A DNA stretch of 32,000 nucleotides from Candidatus Electrothrix yaqonensis (GTDB taxonomy: Bacteria; Desulfobacterota; Desulfobulbia; Desulfobulbales; Desulfobulbaceae): assembly GCA_047651235.1 (NCBI GenBank), contig CP178758.1, positions 3,210,001 through 3,242,000 of the forward strand, given 5' to 3'. The position numbers and the translations under genes are program-made. Position 1 is the first letter of the stretch, and every line of letters starts with the position of its first letter. Below the pieces are notes generated by a model. That model made no database searches. It saw only the letters and a list, made by a program, of their open reading frames with translations, and was not told where the DNA came from. Positions 9,247 to 18,393 of the stretch are shown piece by piece.

Positions 9247-10629
9247 TCAGCCATTCTCCGTAATTATTAAATCCTCATTCCTAATCACCGTACATTCCAG
9301 CCTTCCCTGATGGAGGAGTACCTCAATCTGCTCACCGGACTCGACCTGTTCTGCGCTGGTGATGACAGCCTGTTTTCCGGCTGTTTTCCGGGCAACCGCA
9401 TAGCCGCGCGCCAGGGTGGACAGCGGGCTGACCGCTTCCAGCACCCCGGCTGAGCGGGCAAGGGTCTGCTCCTTTTCGCGGATGATTCCGGTGCCGATGC
9501 GGTTGAGCCGCCGCTGCATTTCCCCGACCTTCTGTTCATGCAGGGCCAGAATCTGCAGCGGATTATTCTGTTGGAGGCGATGTTCCAGGCGGTCCAGCCG
9601 GGACTGCCGGGCGCTAAGAAAAATCCGCGTGGCATGTTCCATATTTTCGGCAAGATGATCCAGGCGGAGCATCAGGGTATCCACTGGCTGCACAGCCCCG
9701 GTGAGCTGCTGCCGGTATCGATACGTCCGGGCCTGATAACCTTCCAGGATTGCCTGCATGGCCCGGCGTAGGCGGCGCTCTGTTGCTGTAACATGTTCAG
9801 CCAGGGCGGTGCTGTCCGGCAGCAGCAGCTCCGCAGCCCCGCTGGGCGTGGGCGCCCGCAGATCAGCAGCAAAATCGCTCAGAGTAAAGTCGATTTCGTG
9901 GCCCACCGCACTGACCACCGGAATATCTGATCTGCGGATTTCCCGCACCAACTGCTCATCATTAAAAGCCTGCAGATCTTCCACAGAACCGCCGCCCCGG
10001 CAGAGGACAATGGCGTCCGCTGTGAGGCGGCCTGCCACGTACTGCCGGTTGATTTCTGCCACAGCCTGACGCAGTTCTTCCGCAGCGTGGGTTCCCTGCA
10101 CTGCTGCCGGATACACGCTGAGCTGCACCTGCGGACACCGCCTGCGGGCAATGCGGATGAAATCATGCACTGCCGCCCCGCTGGGCGAGGTTATCAGAAC
10201 GAGGTGATCGGGCAGAGGCGGGATGTTTTTTTTCACCTCCTGATCAAACAGGCCCTCGGCAGCCAGTTTCTTTTTCAGCTGCTCAAAGGCCAGCTGCAGT
10301 GCTCCTGCACCGTGAAAATGCAGACTGTCCACGATGAGCTGGTAGTCACCCCTGGGTTCGTAGAGGGATAGCCTGCCGGAACAGACCACCATATCGCCGT
10401 CCTCGGGCTGCTGCTCCAGATAACGCCGCTGCATTTTGAACAGCACGGTTTTTATCTGCGCCTGATCGTCCTTGAGGGTGAAGTAGAGATGACCGGAACC
10501 CGGCTGCCGGAGACCGGAGATTTCCCCGGCCACGCTGATAAAGGCAAAGCGGCTTTCCAGCATGGACTTGATGGAACGGGTCAGCTCGGAAACGCTGAAA
10601 ATTTTTTGTTGGTCGGTCTGGAGGTGCAT
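9247..10629 (-). CDS. xseA: Exodeoxyribonuclease VII large subunit
   Basis: OB-fold N-terminus IFSVSELTRSIKSMLE...ISVAGEISG, a catalytic core (RGGGSVEDL, VSAVGHEIDFT) and a long helical C-terminus. The start is trimmed to the ATG at 10629, 5 nt after the upstream stop. Confidence 0.9.
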   Translation of the reverse strand: MHLQTDQQKIFSVSELTRSIKSMLESRFAFISVAGEISGLRQPGSGHLYFTLKDDQAQIKTVLFKMQRRYLEQQPEDGDMVVCSGRLSLYEPRGDYQLIVDSLHFHGAGALQLAFEQLKKKLAAEGLFDQEVKKNIPPLPDHLVLITSPSGAAVHDFIRIARRRCPQVQLSVYPAAVQGTHAAEELRQAVAEINRQYVAGRLTADAIVLCRGGGSVEDLQAFNDEQLVREIRRSDIPVVSAVGHEIDFTLSDFAADLRAPTPSGAAELLLPDSTALAEHVTATERRLRRAMQAILEGYQARTYRYRQQLTGAVQPVDTLMLRLDHLAENMEHATRIFLSARQSRLDRLEHRLQQNNPLQILALHEQKVGEMQRRLNRIGTGIIREKEQTLARSAGVLEAVSPLSTLARGYAVARKTAGKQAVITSAEQVESGEQIEVLLHQGRLECTVIRNEDLIITENG

Positions 10630-10634
10630 CTGTC

Positions 10635-12254
10635 TTACCGACTTGGAAGAACGAGCCGGAAGCCAAGTCCTTGAAAGTGATCGTTTGGTTCGATCCCGTA
10701 CCGATCGGCGGCACGGCAACCATCACGAAAATTGAACCATGACCCGCTACGGGCAACCCGGCCACGGCCCGATGCAGGGCCAGTCGGATTATTATGTGGG
10801 CTGAACTTATAGTAATTGGAACTGTACCAATCAGCACACCATTCCCAAGCATTTCCGCTCATATCATACAGGCCGAAAGCGTTTTTCTTTTTCTGACCGA
10901 CCGGATGGGTTTTATTACCGCTATTTCCATCATACCAAGCTAATTCATTTATTCTGTCTCCACCGCAATACTTTCCAGAACCACCTGCTCGGCAAGCATA
11001 CTCCCATTCCGCTTCAGTGGGCAGGCGATATCTTTTGCCAGTTTCTCTGTTCAGCTCGGAAATGAATTCCTGTACATCTTCCCAAGATACGTTTCCAACA
11101 GGACACCTACCACTCGCTTTAAAGTTCGACGGATTATGAGTCATAATTTTCTTCCACTCCCTCTGGGTGACTTCATATTTCCCCATCCAGAATCCGTCTA
11201 CACAAACCTCATGCACCGGTCCTTCATCCTCCTTACGGTCTTTTTCATCCGGTGGGGAGCCCATTTGAAAACAGCCCTTGGGAATATAGACAAACTCCAT
11301 ACCGGTAATAGTGTCGGTCATGGTATCTCCCCGTTTCGGTGGGGATGGGGGGACAGGTTCCGGTTCTTCTTGCGGGTAAGTTTGTGCAGTATCTCCCCGT
11401 GGGGTAAAATTGCTTCCTGTAGACTTTTTCGTGCGCATACTGACAGGATTTCCACCCTGCATTTTTTGGGGCACCAGCAAGAAATCACCCCAATTATGAT
11501 TGGTCATCTTGATAACTCCGTACAAAGGTGTCTGCAGGGCATTGGCAATGACAGGATTTTTGATCCGGTCGAAGAGGCTGTCACCGTCCAGAACTTCCTG
11601 GTTGTGCCTCAGCACCCTAAGGAACGCTTGAGCAAAAACCGAATGCCCGCCTCCGCCGGAATCCAGAACCGGTTCTTCGCCCCCAGCAGTCAAGGCATTA
11701 CGAGACCGACGCGCCAGCATCCTCTGGATCCACTCATCTCGACTCATACCAGAAGCGAGTCTTACCTTTGGATTACGCATCAGCAGATTGCCGGAATAGC
11801 AGGAGTCCGCCACGACCAATACGTGTTTCGCCCGAATTACCCTGAGCAGACTGGTCACCCTGGAGGTTGGAATCCAGTCAACATCGTTGTCCCGTTCCGC
11901 ATCCACGGGCTGCCAGTAGCCGACACCGCTCAGGCGATCAAGATAGCCGTGTCCGGCATAGTAGATGAGCAGGTTGTCCTGTTCACTGGTCATTGTGCTA
12001 CGCAGTTTGGAAATAGCCCGCATGATCTGCTCTCTGTTGCCGTCCAGCAGCAGATCAACCTCAAAGCCGTACCATTTTTTCAGCACTTTGGCCACCGCCT
12101 TTGCATCCGCTCTGGGTGTCTTTAGCGGCTTGAGATATTTGTAGTTCTGGTTACCGATCACCAAGGCATGAAAACGCCCATAGGGAGATGCAGCCTGCAC
12201 CGGAGCAGCGGCAGACAGAAAAAACAGCAGGAAGAACAGCGGATTTCTGAGCAT
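10635..12254 (-). CDS. Secreted caspase-like (peptidase C14) / formylglycine-generating-enzyme-type sulfatase-modifying (FGE/SUMF1) domain fusion protein
   Basis: Signal peptide MLRNPLFFLLFFLSAAAPVQA. Caspase dyad motifs LLIYYAGHGY (His codon 11949-11951) and VVADSCYSG (Cys codon 11799-11801). FGE-domain motifs in the C-terminal half: YRLPTEAEWEYACRAG, GLYDMSGNAWEWC, RVARSGSW, GFRLV. Confidence 0.85.
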   Translation of the reverse strand: MLRNPLFFLLFFLSAAAPVQAASPYGRFHALVIGNQNYKYLKPLKTPRADAKAVAKVLKKWYGFEVDLLLDGNREQIMRAISKLRSTMTSEQDNLLIYYAGHGYLDRLSGVGYWQPVDAERDNDVDWIPTSRVTSLLRVIRAKHVLVVADSCYSGNLLMRNPKVRLASGMSRDEWIQRMLARRSRNALTAGGEEPVLDSGGGGHSVFAQAFLRVLRHNQEVLDGDSLFDRIKNPVIANALQTPLYGVIKMTNHNWGDFLLVPQKMQGGNPVSMRTKKSTGSNFTPRGDTAQTYPQEEPEPVPPSPPKRGDTMTDTITGMEFVYIPKGCFQMGSPPDEKDRKEDEGPVHEVCVDGFWMGKYEVTQREWKKIMTHNPSNFKASGRCPVGNVSWEDVQEFISELNRETGKRYRLPTEAEWEYACRAGGSGKYCGGDRINELAWYDGNSGNKTHPVGQKKKNAFGLYDMSGNAWEWCADWYSSNYYKFSPHNNPTGPASGRGRVARSGSWFNFRDGCRAADRYGIEPNDHFQGLGFRLVLPSR

Positions 12255-12256
12255 GT

Positions 12257-12916
12257 TTACTCTCTCGCCCTCTCAGTCTCTTTCCGCAGGTTATCCAGCT
12301 CGGCACGAAATTCTGCCGCATCTTGCGTATCTCCATTTGCTTCCAGCAGTTCAGCCAACAGGGCACGATGCGCTGCTTTGTCAATCTCCGGTCCGTACAA
12401 ATAGGCCAATCGCGCCATAGCCAGGGCCTCGCCGATGCGGTTCTGCCGCTGAAAAATGCGGGCAATGCTGCTCAGGGAAGCAGCGGAGTCAGAGAGTGTT
12501 ATACCCGGTTGCTTCAATTCCTCCCATTTTTGGTCAAGATCAGATACCGGTGCAGCACCAGAATTAATTTCCGGATCTCTGTACAGCTCTTCTTTTCGGT
12601 ATGTGGATTCGTCGCCGTTTTGAGTCCTCGTCTCAACGAGTTCTTTTTGGAGCAGTTGCGGTTCACCGCGCCAAAGCATAACCCCGATCAGCACGGTGCC
12701 GAACAGGGCAAAATAGGTGCCGGGCAAAAAATTGGTTACACGTAGCCTGAATCCTCCGGCCTGAACACCGGCAGAAGATGTGTTTTCCGCAGAACTGGTT
12801 GCCCTGAGAGGAGTGCTGAACAGGCGGAAACCAAGATAGATGGACAGCGCACCGATGGCAAGCACGGTCAGGCGGTACACGGCGGCATAAAGCAGAAAGC
12901 CGGTCGAAAGGGTCAT
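12257..12916 (-). CDS. Two-TM membrane protein with a helical (TPR-like) C-terminal domain
   Basis: The start is trimmed to the ATG at 12916, preceded by GGAGG at a 5-nt spacing. Two hydrophobic helices, then an acidic helical tail. The stop lies 2 nt from the caspase/FGE start, so the two are probably co-transcribed. Confidence 0.55.
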   Translation of the reverse strand: MTLSTGFLLYAAVYRLTVLAIGALSIYLGFRLFSTPLRATSSAENTSSAGVQAGGFRLRVTNFLPGTYFALFGTVLIGVMLWRGEPQLLQKELVETRTQNGDESTYRKEELYRDPEINSGAAPVSDLDQKWEELKQPGITLSDSAASLSSIARIFQRQNRIGEALAMARLAYLYGPEIDKAAHRALLAELLEANGDTQDAAEFRAELDNLRKETERARE

Positions 12917-13026
12917 GAAACCTCCAGCGTCTCTGGTGTTCTGAGGAAAGAAAAAGATACCGGAAGTGTACAAGAAAGAGCCGGTTTCCGCAAGGACGGG
13001 GCCGGGTCAGTTTGACTGAAGAAATG

Positions 13027-13042
13027 CCCCCGTTGCCGGGGG
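13027..13042 (-). repeat. REP-like GC hairpin, copy 1 (reverse orientation)
   Basis: CCCCCG-TTGC-CGGGGG. The reverse complement of 13024-13058 shares TTCAACGCAGTCGCCCC(C)CGGCAACGGGGGC with 16268-16300. Confidence 0.6.
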
Positions 13043-13698
13043 GCGACTGCGTTGAAAATCCCGGCATATGCCGCCTTATCCCAATGCCCCGATGGCCGGA
13101 CTTTTTATTGACTGTTCTCGGAATCTGTTGTATAGACAGGCAAAATCTTTTTCGTTTTTTCACTGTAACCTATCTTCAGCAAACAGAAATCAGGATGCGC
13201 ATCTTCTCAGGATACTGAGTATTCCGTCTGACAGAGCCGCCCGGGTCGGGCGCGCTGACGGCAGCTGCATCTGCTCTTCCGCCCTTCTGAACTCCCCCTC
13301 CATCGGGTTTCATTACTGCAACGATCCGGAAGCCGGATGCCCTGCCGATTCAGGCTTTGGCTGAACATTTTCGGATTTTTGCAGGATGAAACTCTTGTTT
13401 CGTTTCCATCATATTTTCGGCTGGTACGGGCTGCCCGTCTCTGCTGACAGAATTTCCAGCAGTAGAGGGAGATAGGTATGTCAGCTAATACGGTACTGCG
13501 CCGGATCTATCATGCCGTCCGTCTGCTGATCAGCGCCTGTTTCTCTCTGCAGGCTGGAGCAAGCATCTATCTGTGTTGGTACAGATATAAACTTGCGGTC
13601 GCTCTGCGCGGCCTGCAGTTTATCTGTTTTTTTCAATCTATCGTCTTCCCGACCTTATCGGGAGGAAAAAGAGTAATTTTCAGACAAAGGAGAACATT

Positions 13699-14241
13699 AT
13701 GAAAACAGGGAGAAAAATCGTCCTCTGGGCCGTAGTCGCTGCCCTGCTGACAGCAGGATCAAACTCGGCTCTGGCCTTCGGGTTCGGCAAAAATAAGTTT
13801 AAGCAGGAGGTGGAAAAAGAAAAAGGGGCTGTCAAGCTGGCCCGCGAGACAGTGCAGGGTGATTACGGCCTGATCACCACGGAAGAACTGAAGGCCTTTA
13901 TCGATACAGGCAAGGATGCCCTGATCATCGATACCATGCCTTATGCGGACAGCTACCAAAAGAACCATATCCCCGGAGCAAAACAATTCCTTTTCCCCAT
14001 TCCGCCCATGGAAACCTGGGATACCAAAGAGACAGACGGCAAGACCAAGGATGATTACGCAGCTCTGATCGGGCCGGACAAAAACAAAACCATTGTGGTC
14101 TACTGCGGTTTTGTCAAATGTACCCGCAGCCATAACGGGGCCATGTGGGCGAGAAAATTGGGTTACACCGATGTCCTGCGTCATCCGGGCGGTATCTTTG
14201 CCTGGAAAGGAGCCGACTATCCCACTGAGAGTGCGAAGTAG
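13699..14241 (+). CDS. Periplasmic rhodanese-domain sulfurtransferase
   Basis: Signal peptide MKTGRKIVLWAVVAALLTAGSNSALA. Rhodanese active-site loop VVYCGFVKCTRS. AAGGAG RBS at 13688-13693. Confidence 0.85.
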   Translation: MKTGRKIVLWAVVAALLTAGSNSALAFGFGKNKFKQEVEKEKGAVKLARETVQGDYGLITTEELKAFIDTGKDALIIDTMPYADSYQKNHIPGAKQFLFPIPPMETWDTKETDGKTKDDYAALIGPDKNKTIVVYCGFVKCTRSHNGAMWARKLGYTDVLRHPGGIFAWKGADYPTESAK

Positions 14242-14281
14242 CAGGGATTATTCTTTTTTCCTTGGTCCGCCACTATATTCC

Positions 14282-14297
14282 CCCCCGGCAACGGGGG
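14282..14297 (+). terminator. REP-like GC hairpin, copy 2; likely terminator after the rhodanese gene
   Basis: CCCCCG-GCAA-CGGGGG, 41 nt after the stop, followed by T-rich sequence (TTATTTTTCTTT). Confidence 0.5.
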
Positions 14298-14782
14298 CAT
14301 TCCTCCCTTATTTTTCTTTACAGCCTGCCCTGCGTACTGAAACGGATGATTCTTTACGTTTATACCTCCTGCAAAAAGAACATTATGATTGTATAGTAGG
14401 TTATAAACCTGACTTTGTCAATCAACTTGGGCAGACGGAACAAACCGGGGAAGAGGCAGGGTGCACAGACAGATTAACGATAAAAAACAATATGATAAAT
14501 TAACAAGAAAAAGTATACCATAACCAGATTTTCAGTGTACGGAACACGGTGCGATTCCGTGGCACTCCCGGTGCTGTAACCCCTGTTGTTCTATCCTTCG
14601 GCATGTACAGGCCACTGTTCCTTGACCAGGAACGGGAAGGCCGCTGCAAGGGAGGGGAAGCCAGAAGACGAACTGAACATCTCTGTATTGCGGAGCGCGA
14701 TGGCAAAGGGTTCCGGAGAGCAATTGCTCTGCCGGGCCCTTTCTGTTTCGGCAGGGCAAAAGGAACCAGAGGAGGTTCATGC

Positions 14783-16244
14783 ATGAAAACGCAACTTGAA
14801 GCAGCCCGTGCAGGCGTCATGACCGAACAGATCAGAACCGTTGCCCGCAACGAAGGCTTGGACCTAGTGCTCAGTCATAGCTAAATTTTAGGATTGATAT
14901 CTCCAAATAAGATACGAATATTAAACGAGTGCGATATGTTCAACCCTAAATTTTAGGCTTTACAAAGCACTAGAGCTTGTGCAGCGCCGGGTGGCAGCCG
15001 GGGAAATCGTTATTCTCAGCCATCCGCAACGACCAAACCAACAGGCAGTGGGGATCGGGACTGGTCTGCGCACCAAGGTGAATGCCTCCATCGGCACCTC
15101 ATCCGATATCTGCGACCCGGATATGGAGGTGCGCAAGGCAAAAATCGCCGAACAGGAAGGGGCTGACACCCTGATGGAACTCTCTGCAGCCGGGAACCTG
15201 AATACAGTCCGTCAAGCTGTCCTGGCTGCGGTCAATCTGCCGGTGGGTACTGTGCCGCTGTATCAGGCCTTCCGGGAAACAGCCCTGCAGCACGCTGATC
15301 CAGGCAGACTGGACCCTGAATACCTGTTTGACCTGATTGAGCAGCAGCTGGCCGATGGTGTCAGCTTTATGGCCATCCACTGCGGCATCAATCAATACAC
15401 AATTGAGCGCCTGCGGAAACAGGGTTACCGTTACGGCGGACTGGTGTCCAAGGGCGGCACCTTCATGGTGGCCTGGATGGACAGCAACGGTAAAGAGAAT
15501 CCTCTGTATGAGCAGTTTGACCGGGTCTGCGGTCTGATGAAAAAATACGATGCTGTCCTTTCTCTGGGCAACGGCATCCGGGCAGGGGCCATCCACGACA
15601 GCCATGACCGCGCTCAGATGGCTGAAATGGTCATCAACTGTGAACTGGCCGAGCTGGGGCGGGAAATGGGCTGCCAGATGATGGTGGAAGGACCGGGACA
15701 TGTTCCCTTGGACGAAATTGCCGCAAATATTCTGCTGGAAAAAAGAATGAGCGGCAATGCCCCGTATTACGTACTCGGTCCGCTCCCGCTGGACAGCGGC
15801 GCCGGATACGATCATATCACCGCAGCTATCGGCGCAGCAAATTCTTCCCGATACGGGGCAGACTTGGTCTGTTACATCACTCCGGCCGAGCATCTTGCCC
15901 TGCCTGATGAGGAGGATGTGCGCCAAGGTGTCCGGGCTGCCCGCCTGGCGGTCCGCATCGGTGACATTGCCAAATACCCTGATCGCCGGGAAAACGAAAA
16001 AGCTGCGGCTAAGGCCAGACGCGATATGCGCTGGGGTGATCTGGAGCAGCACCTCCTGTTTCCTGATATCGCTGATGCGATGCGCCGGGAAAGAATTCCT
16101 GAACACAAGGAGACCTGCACCATGTGCGGAGACTTCTGCGCCATGAAGCAGGGAGCTGCAGTCTTTGGCAAGGATATTGCCGGAGATAAATGCACGGAAG
16201 ATACGGAAAGCGGCAGCAAGCCGTGCGCAGGAGCATTTTCGTAA
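14783..16244 (+). pseudogene. thiC: Phosphomethylpyrimidine synthase ThiC (short anaerobe-type), interrupted by a 106-bp insertion
   Basis: AGGAGG RBS at 14770-14775 and ATG at 14783. The N-terminal reading MKTQLEAARAGVMTEQIRTVARNEGLD runs into a stop at 14882. The body (ORF 14979..16244) is ThiC-like and carries the C-terminal CTMCGDFC cluster motif. Deleting 106 bp (14864 to 14969) restores one 451-aa frame reading ...NEGLDLELVQRRVAAGEIV... Confidence 0.85.
14864..14969. mobile_element. MITE-like insertion inside thiC, including one copy of the duplicated CTAG (or TA)
   Basis: Termini CTAGTGCT...AGCACTAG. The subterminal motif CTAAATTTTAGG occurs near both ends. The core is AT-rich. CTAG is present at 14864-14867 and at 14970-14973. 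Confidence 0.7.
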
Positions 16245-16280
16245 GGTATCCCTTCTGAATATCAAACCTTTCAACGCAGT

Positions 16281-16300
16281 CGCCCCCGGCAACGGGGGCG
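16281..16300 (+). terminator. REP-like GC hairpin, copy 3; possible thiC terminator
   Basis: CGCCCCCG-GCAA-CGGGGGCG, 37 nt after the thiC stop. No U-tract follows, so it may be a REP element or stabiliser rather than an intrinsic terminator. Confidence 0.45.
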
Positions 16301-16375
16301 TGGAAGGAGGCTATGGTGGCGTAAAGCAGGTAGTGTCGTTGTAAGGTGGTGAGCTGATCAGCCCGGATTGCTTGA

Positions 16376-16474
16376 AGGAAGCGGTGCAGGTATGAAGATA
16401 TTGTCTGGAAAACCGCTGCGGAAAGACTGCCGGAGCTGGAACCGATGATTCGGGAAATGCTGCCCGGACACTGA
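16376..16474 (+). pseudogene. C-terminal remnant of a HepT/DUF86 (HEPN) toxin gene
   Basis: The short frame reads ...YEDIVWKTAAERLPELEPMIREMLPGH*, resembling the conserved DUF86 C-terminus (D.x.VW..v...LP.L...i). No start codon and no upstream body. Confidence 0.3.
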
Positions 16475-16883
16475 AGATTGTCTTTCAATATGAGCAGATA
16501 CAGGTTGAAATGAAATGTTGTATATATTGAAGAGGTCAGGTATGAAAATTTTGAGATTGCTTGACCGGTCAACAGCTCTTCCCTTGCAATCCCGATAAAA
16601 ATATGTCATCATCTGTACCGATTACATCTCGTCAATTCACTCAGGACTACTGTATGGTGATTATCTGTTTTCATAGATGAAACTGCTGTTTCCGACTCGG
16701 TCCGGGTTCGGAAAAACCGTCATCGGCCTCGGTCCTCGCCTGACGCTCTCCCTGCGGGATCCCCGCATCTCTCTGATAGCACAGGCGGACTGCAGGCCGT
16801 CTGACGCATAAGCCGTGTTTCATACATTGCTCCCCGATATTGCTGCGGGGCAATGTTTCCTTTTACCCTCACGGAGAGAGATT

Positions 16884-16991
16884 ATGTCTGACTATCAACC
16901 AATAAAAATATTAGGTTTCCTCTGTAATTGGTGCTGCTATCCCGCTGCTGATTCAGCCGAAACAGGGCGTTCTGTACAGATAAAAAAATAG
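16884..16991 (+). pseudogene. 5' fragment (35 codons) of an MvhD-like hydrogenase iron-sulfur subunit gene
   Basis: GGAGAGAG RBS, then MSDYQPIKILGFLCNWCCYPAADSAETGRSVQIKK*. The KI(V/L)xFxCNWC(S/C)Y motif marks MvhD-type N-termini, and full-length proteins are about 140 aa. Confidence 0.4.
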
Positions 16992-17001
16992 AGGTAATCA
17001 A

Positions 17002-17565
17002 ATGAACCGACTTGAAATTCATCAGACCCGTGCTTTCAGGAAGCAGTTTCAGGCCATGCATAAGGCCGGGAAAAAAGAACGGACGATTGCTGAACGGGCA
17101 GAGCAGATCATCCGCCGCCTGCAGACCGATCCTCTGGATGAGAAGGCAGCCTGCAGACGCACGTACAACGGTGAGCTGCGTCTGCGGGATTGCCGCAAAT
17201 ACAATCTCTCCTGCGGGTTCCGACTGATCGGTCTGAAACGGGAGAACCGGTTGATCTTCACCTGCATCGGCAGCCATGATGACTGCCGGAAATGGATAGA
17301 AAACAACCGGGATTTTCAGAATGAAATAGAATCGTACCCCATGCCGATACAACACGGCAAAGTTGAACACTGTACCGGAGAGACGCAAGAAGAACTGACT
17401 GCGGATGATGAATACGAAGAACAGCTCATGAACCAGCTTGATGAGCATGTGCTGCGGGAGATCTTTTCCGGACTCTGCCAAAGAGCTGTTGCCGGGTGCG
17501 GTAAAGCGGGCACACAGCAAAAAGATGCAAAAGTTGGCCGGTACCCTGCGGCCCGAACAGTCTGA
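17002..17565 (+). CDS. Hypothetical protein with a RelE/ParE-like N-terminal domain and an acidic C-terminal extension
   Basis: 187-aa ORF with balanced composition. The segment GELRLRDCRKYNLSCGFRLIGLKRENRLIFTCIGSHDD resembles the RelE/ParE core strand pattern. Preferred over the antisense ORF 16882..17679. Confidence 0.45.
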   Translation: MNRLEIHQTRAFRKQFQAMHKAGKKERTIAERAEQIIRRLQTDPLDEKAACRRTYNGELRLRDCRKYNLSCGFRLIGLKRENRLIFTCIGSHDDCRKWIENNRDFQNEIESYPMPIQHGKVEHCTGETQEELTADDEYEEQLMNQLDEHVLREIFSGLCQRAVAGCGKAGTQQKDAKVGRYPAARTV

Positions 17566-17703
17566 AAAGCCTTCAACTCCGCACCTCCTGCTATACCTGC
17601 CATATTTTTTCAGATGAATGCTGATTTTTTCCTCATTGAGGATTATTATGCGGCAGCGTACTTCATCCCAAATAACCAAAAGTAACCAAAAGACAGGTGC
17701 GAT

Positions 17704-18159
17704 ATGATCAACAAGGTGATTTTAATAGGTAACCTTGGGGCTGACCCTGAACTCAAGTACACTCAGAGCGGAGTCCCTGTTGCGACGTTAAGCGTTGCCA
17801 CCAATGAACGGTGGAAGGACAAAGACGGACAGCAACAGGAGCATACGGAATGGCACCGCATTGTTGCCTGGCGGCAGCTGGCTGAGATCTGTAATGAATA
17901 TTACCATAAAGGGGCCAGGGTATATGTGGAAGGAAAACTCCAGACCAGAAAATGGCAGGATCAGAACGGCAACGACCGGTATACCACGGAAGTTGTGGCC
18001 CGTGAGATGAAAATACTTTCCTCACGGGGTGAAGGAGGCAGCTCCGGAGGCTCCGGCGTGTATGATCCCGGTCCGGCTGCCAGCAGTCCTCCTGGCGGCT
18101 ATGACGATTTTTCCGGCGACCAGTCCGGGGGCGGAACCGGCAGCGACGTTCCGTTTTAA
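17704..18159 (+). CDS. ssb: Single-stranded DNA-binding protein
   Basis: [37 protein letters not shown]...TEWHRIVAW, a Gly-rich tail and the terminal acidic tip DVPF. Confidence 0.95.
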   Translation: MINKVILIGNLGADPELKYTQSGVPVATLSVATNERWKDKDGQQQEHTEWHRIVAWRQLAEICNEYYHKGARVYVEGKLQTRKWQDQNGNDRYTTEVVAREMKILSSRGEGGSSGGSGVYDPGPAASSPPGGYDDFSGDQSGGGTGSDVPF

Positions 18160-18393
18160 GAGAACGGAATTTCTTTGGACTGTGACGGACTGCCGAAAAA
18201 AAAAGGCGGCATAAATGGACAAATCCGATATCGTTCTTATTTTTTTTGATATACCCTGCGTGAATTTTGATTGTAATGTATCAGGCCATCAGCAGTGCCG
18301 CCTGCATTGCGGAGAACGTAAATGCGGAGCACTGCTGTATTGCGCGTAACAGACGTGACAAGACGTAACAGATTCTGAAGAAAAACGAACGAT

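Noticed and set aside
10630-10719. N-terminal extensions of several ORF-track entries (xseA to 10719, leuA to 30181, SpoOM to 21109, membrane protein to 12973)
   Set aside because: The extensions overlap upstream genes or leader structures and lack an RBS. Internal ATGs with a good RBS or family-typical N-termini were chosen instead.
11136-12125. 329-aa ORF antisense to the caspase/FGE gene
   Set aside because: It is a shadow ORF with no recognisable motifs, whereas the opposite strand has two well-defined domains.
13108-13702. Promoter-like TTGACT-17-TATAGA at 13108-13136, and the 74-aa ORF 13478..13702, in the 725-bp gap before the rhodanese gene
   Set aside because: The ORF has odd composition and overlaps the rhodanese start. 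The promoter match alone cannot support an sRNA call. I recognised no known ncRNA signature (tmRNA, RNase P, SRP, 6S).
14545-14561. tRNA-like T-arm (CACGG-TGCGATT-CCGTG), as a possible tRNA gene or att-site fragment
   Set aside because: The loop lacks the TTC of a T-loop. No complementary acceptor stem or anticodon arm can be built from the upstream 70 nt.
14300-14782. A TPP (THI-box) riboswitch, expected upstream of thiC
   Set aside because: I could not find the conserved CUGAGA core or the ACCUGAUCUGGAUAAUGCCAGCG-type arm. Only weak partial resemblances turned up (for example AAACCTGAC at about 14406 and GCTGTAACCCC at about 14572). The region does contain competing hairpins (CCGGAGAG...CTCTGCCGG, CTGCCG...CGGCAG). 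An Rfam RF00059 scan would settle it.
15099-16292. 397-aa ORF antisense to thiC
   Set aside because: It is a shadow ORF of a GC-rich conserved gene. The sense strand carries clear ThiC motifs.
16882-17679. 265-aa minus-strand ORF overlapping 17002..17565
   Set aside because: Its composition is hydrophobic and low-complexity (FFVFIIRSQFFLRL), and I saw no RBS. The plus-strand ORF has a protein-like composition and is co-directional with ssb.
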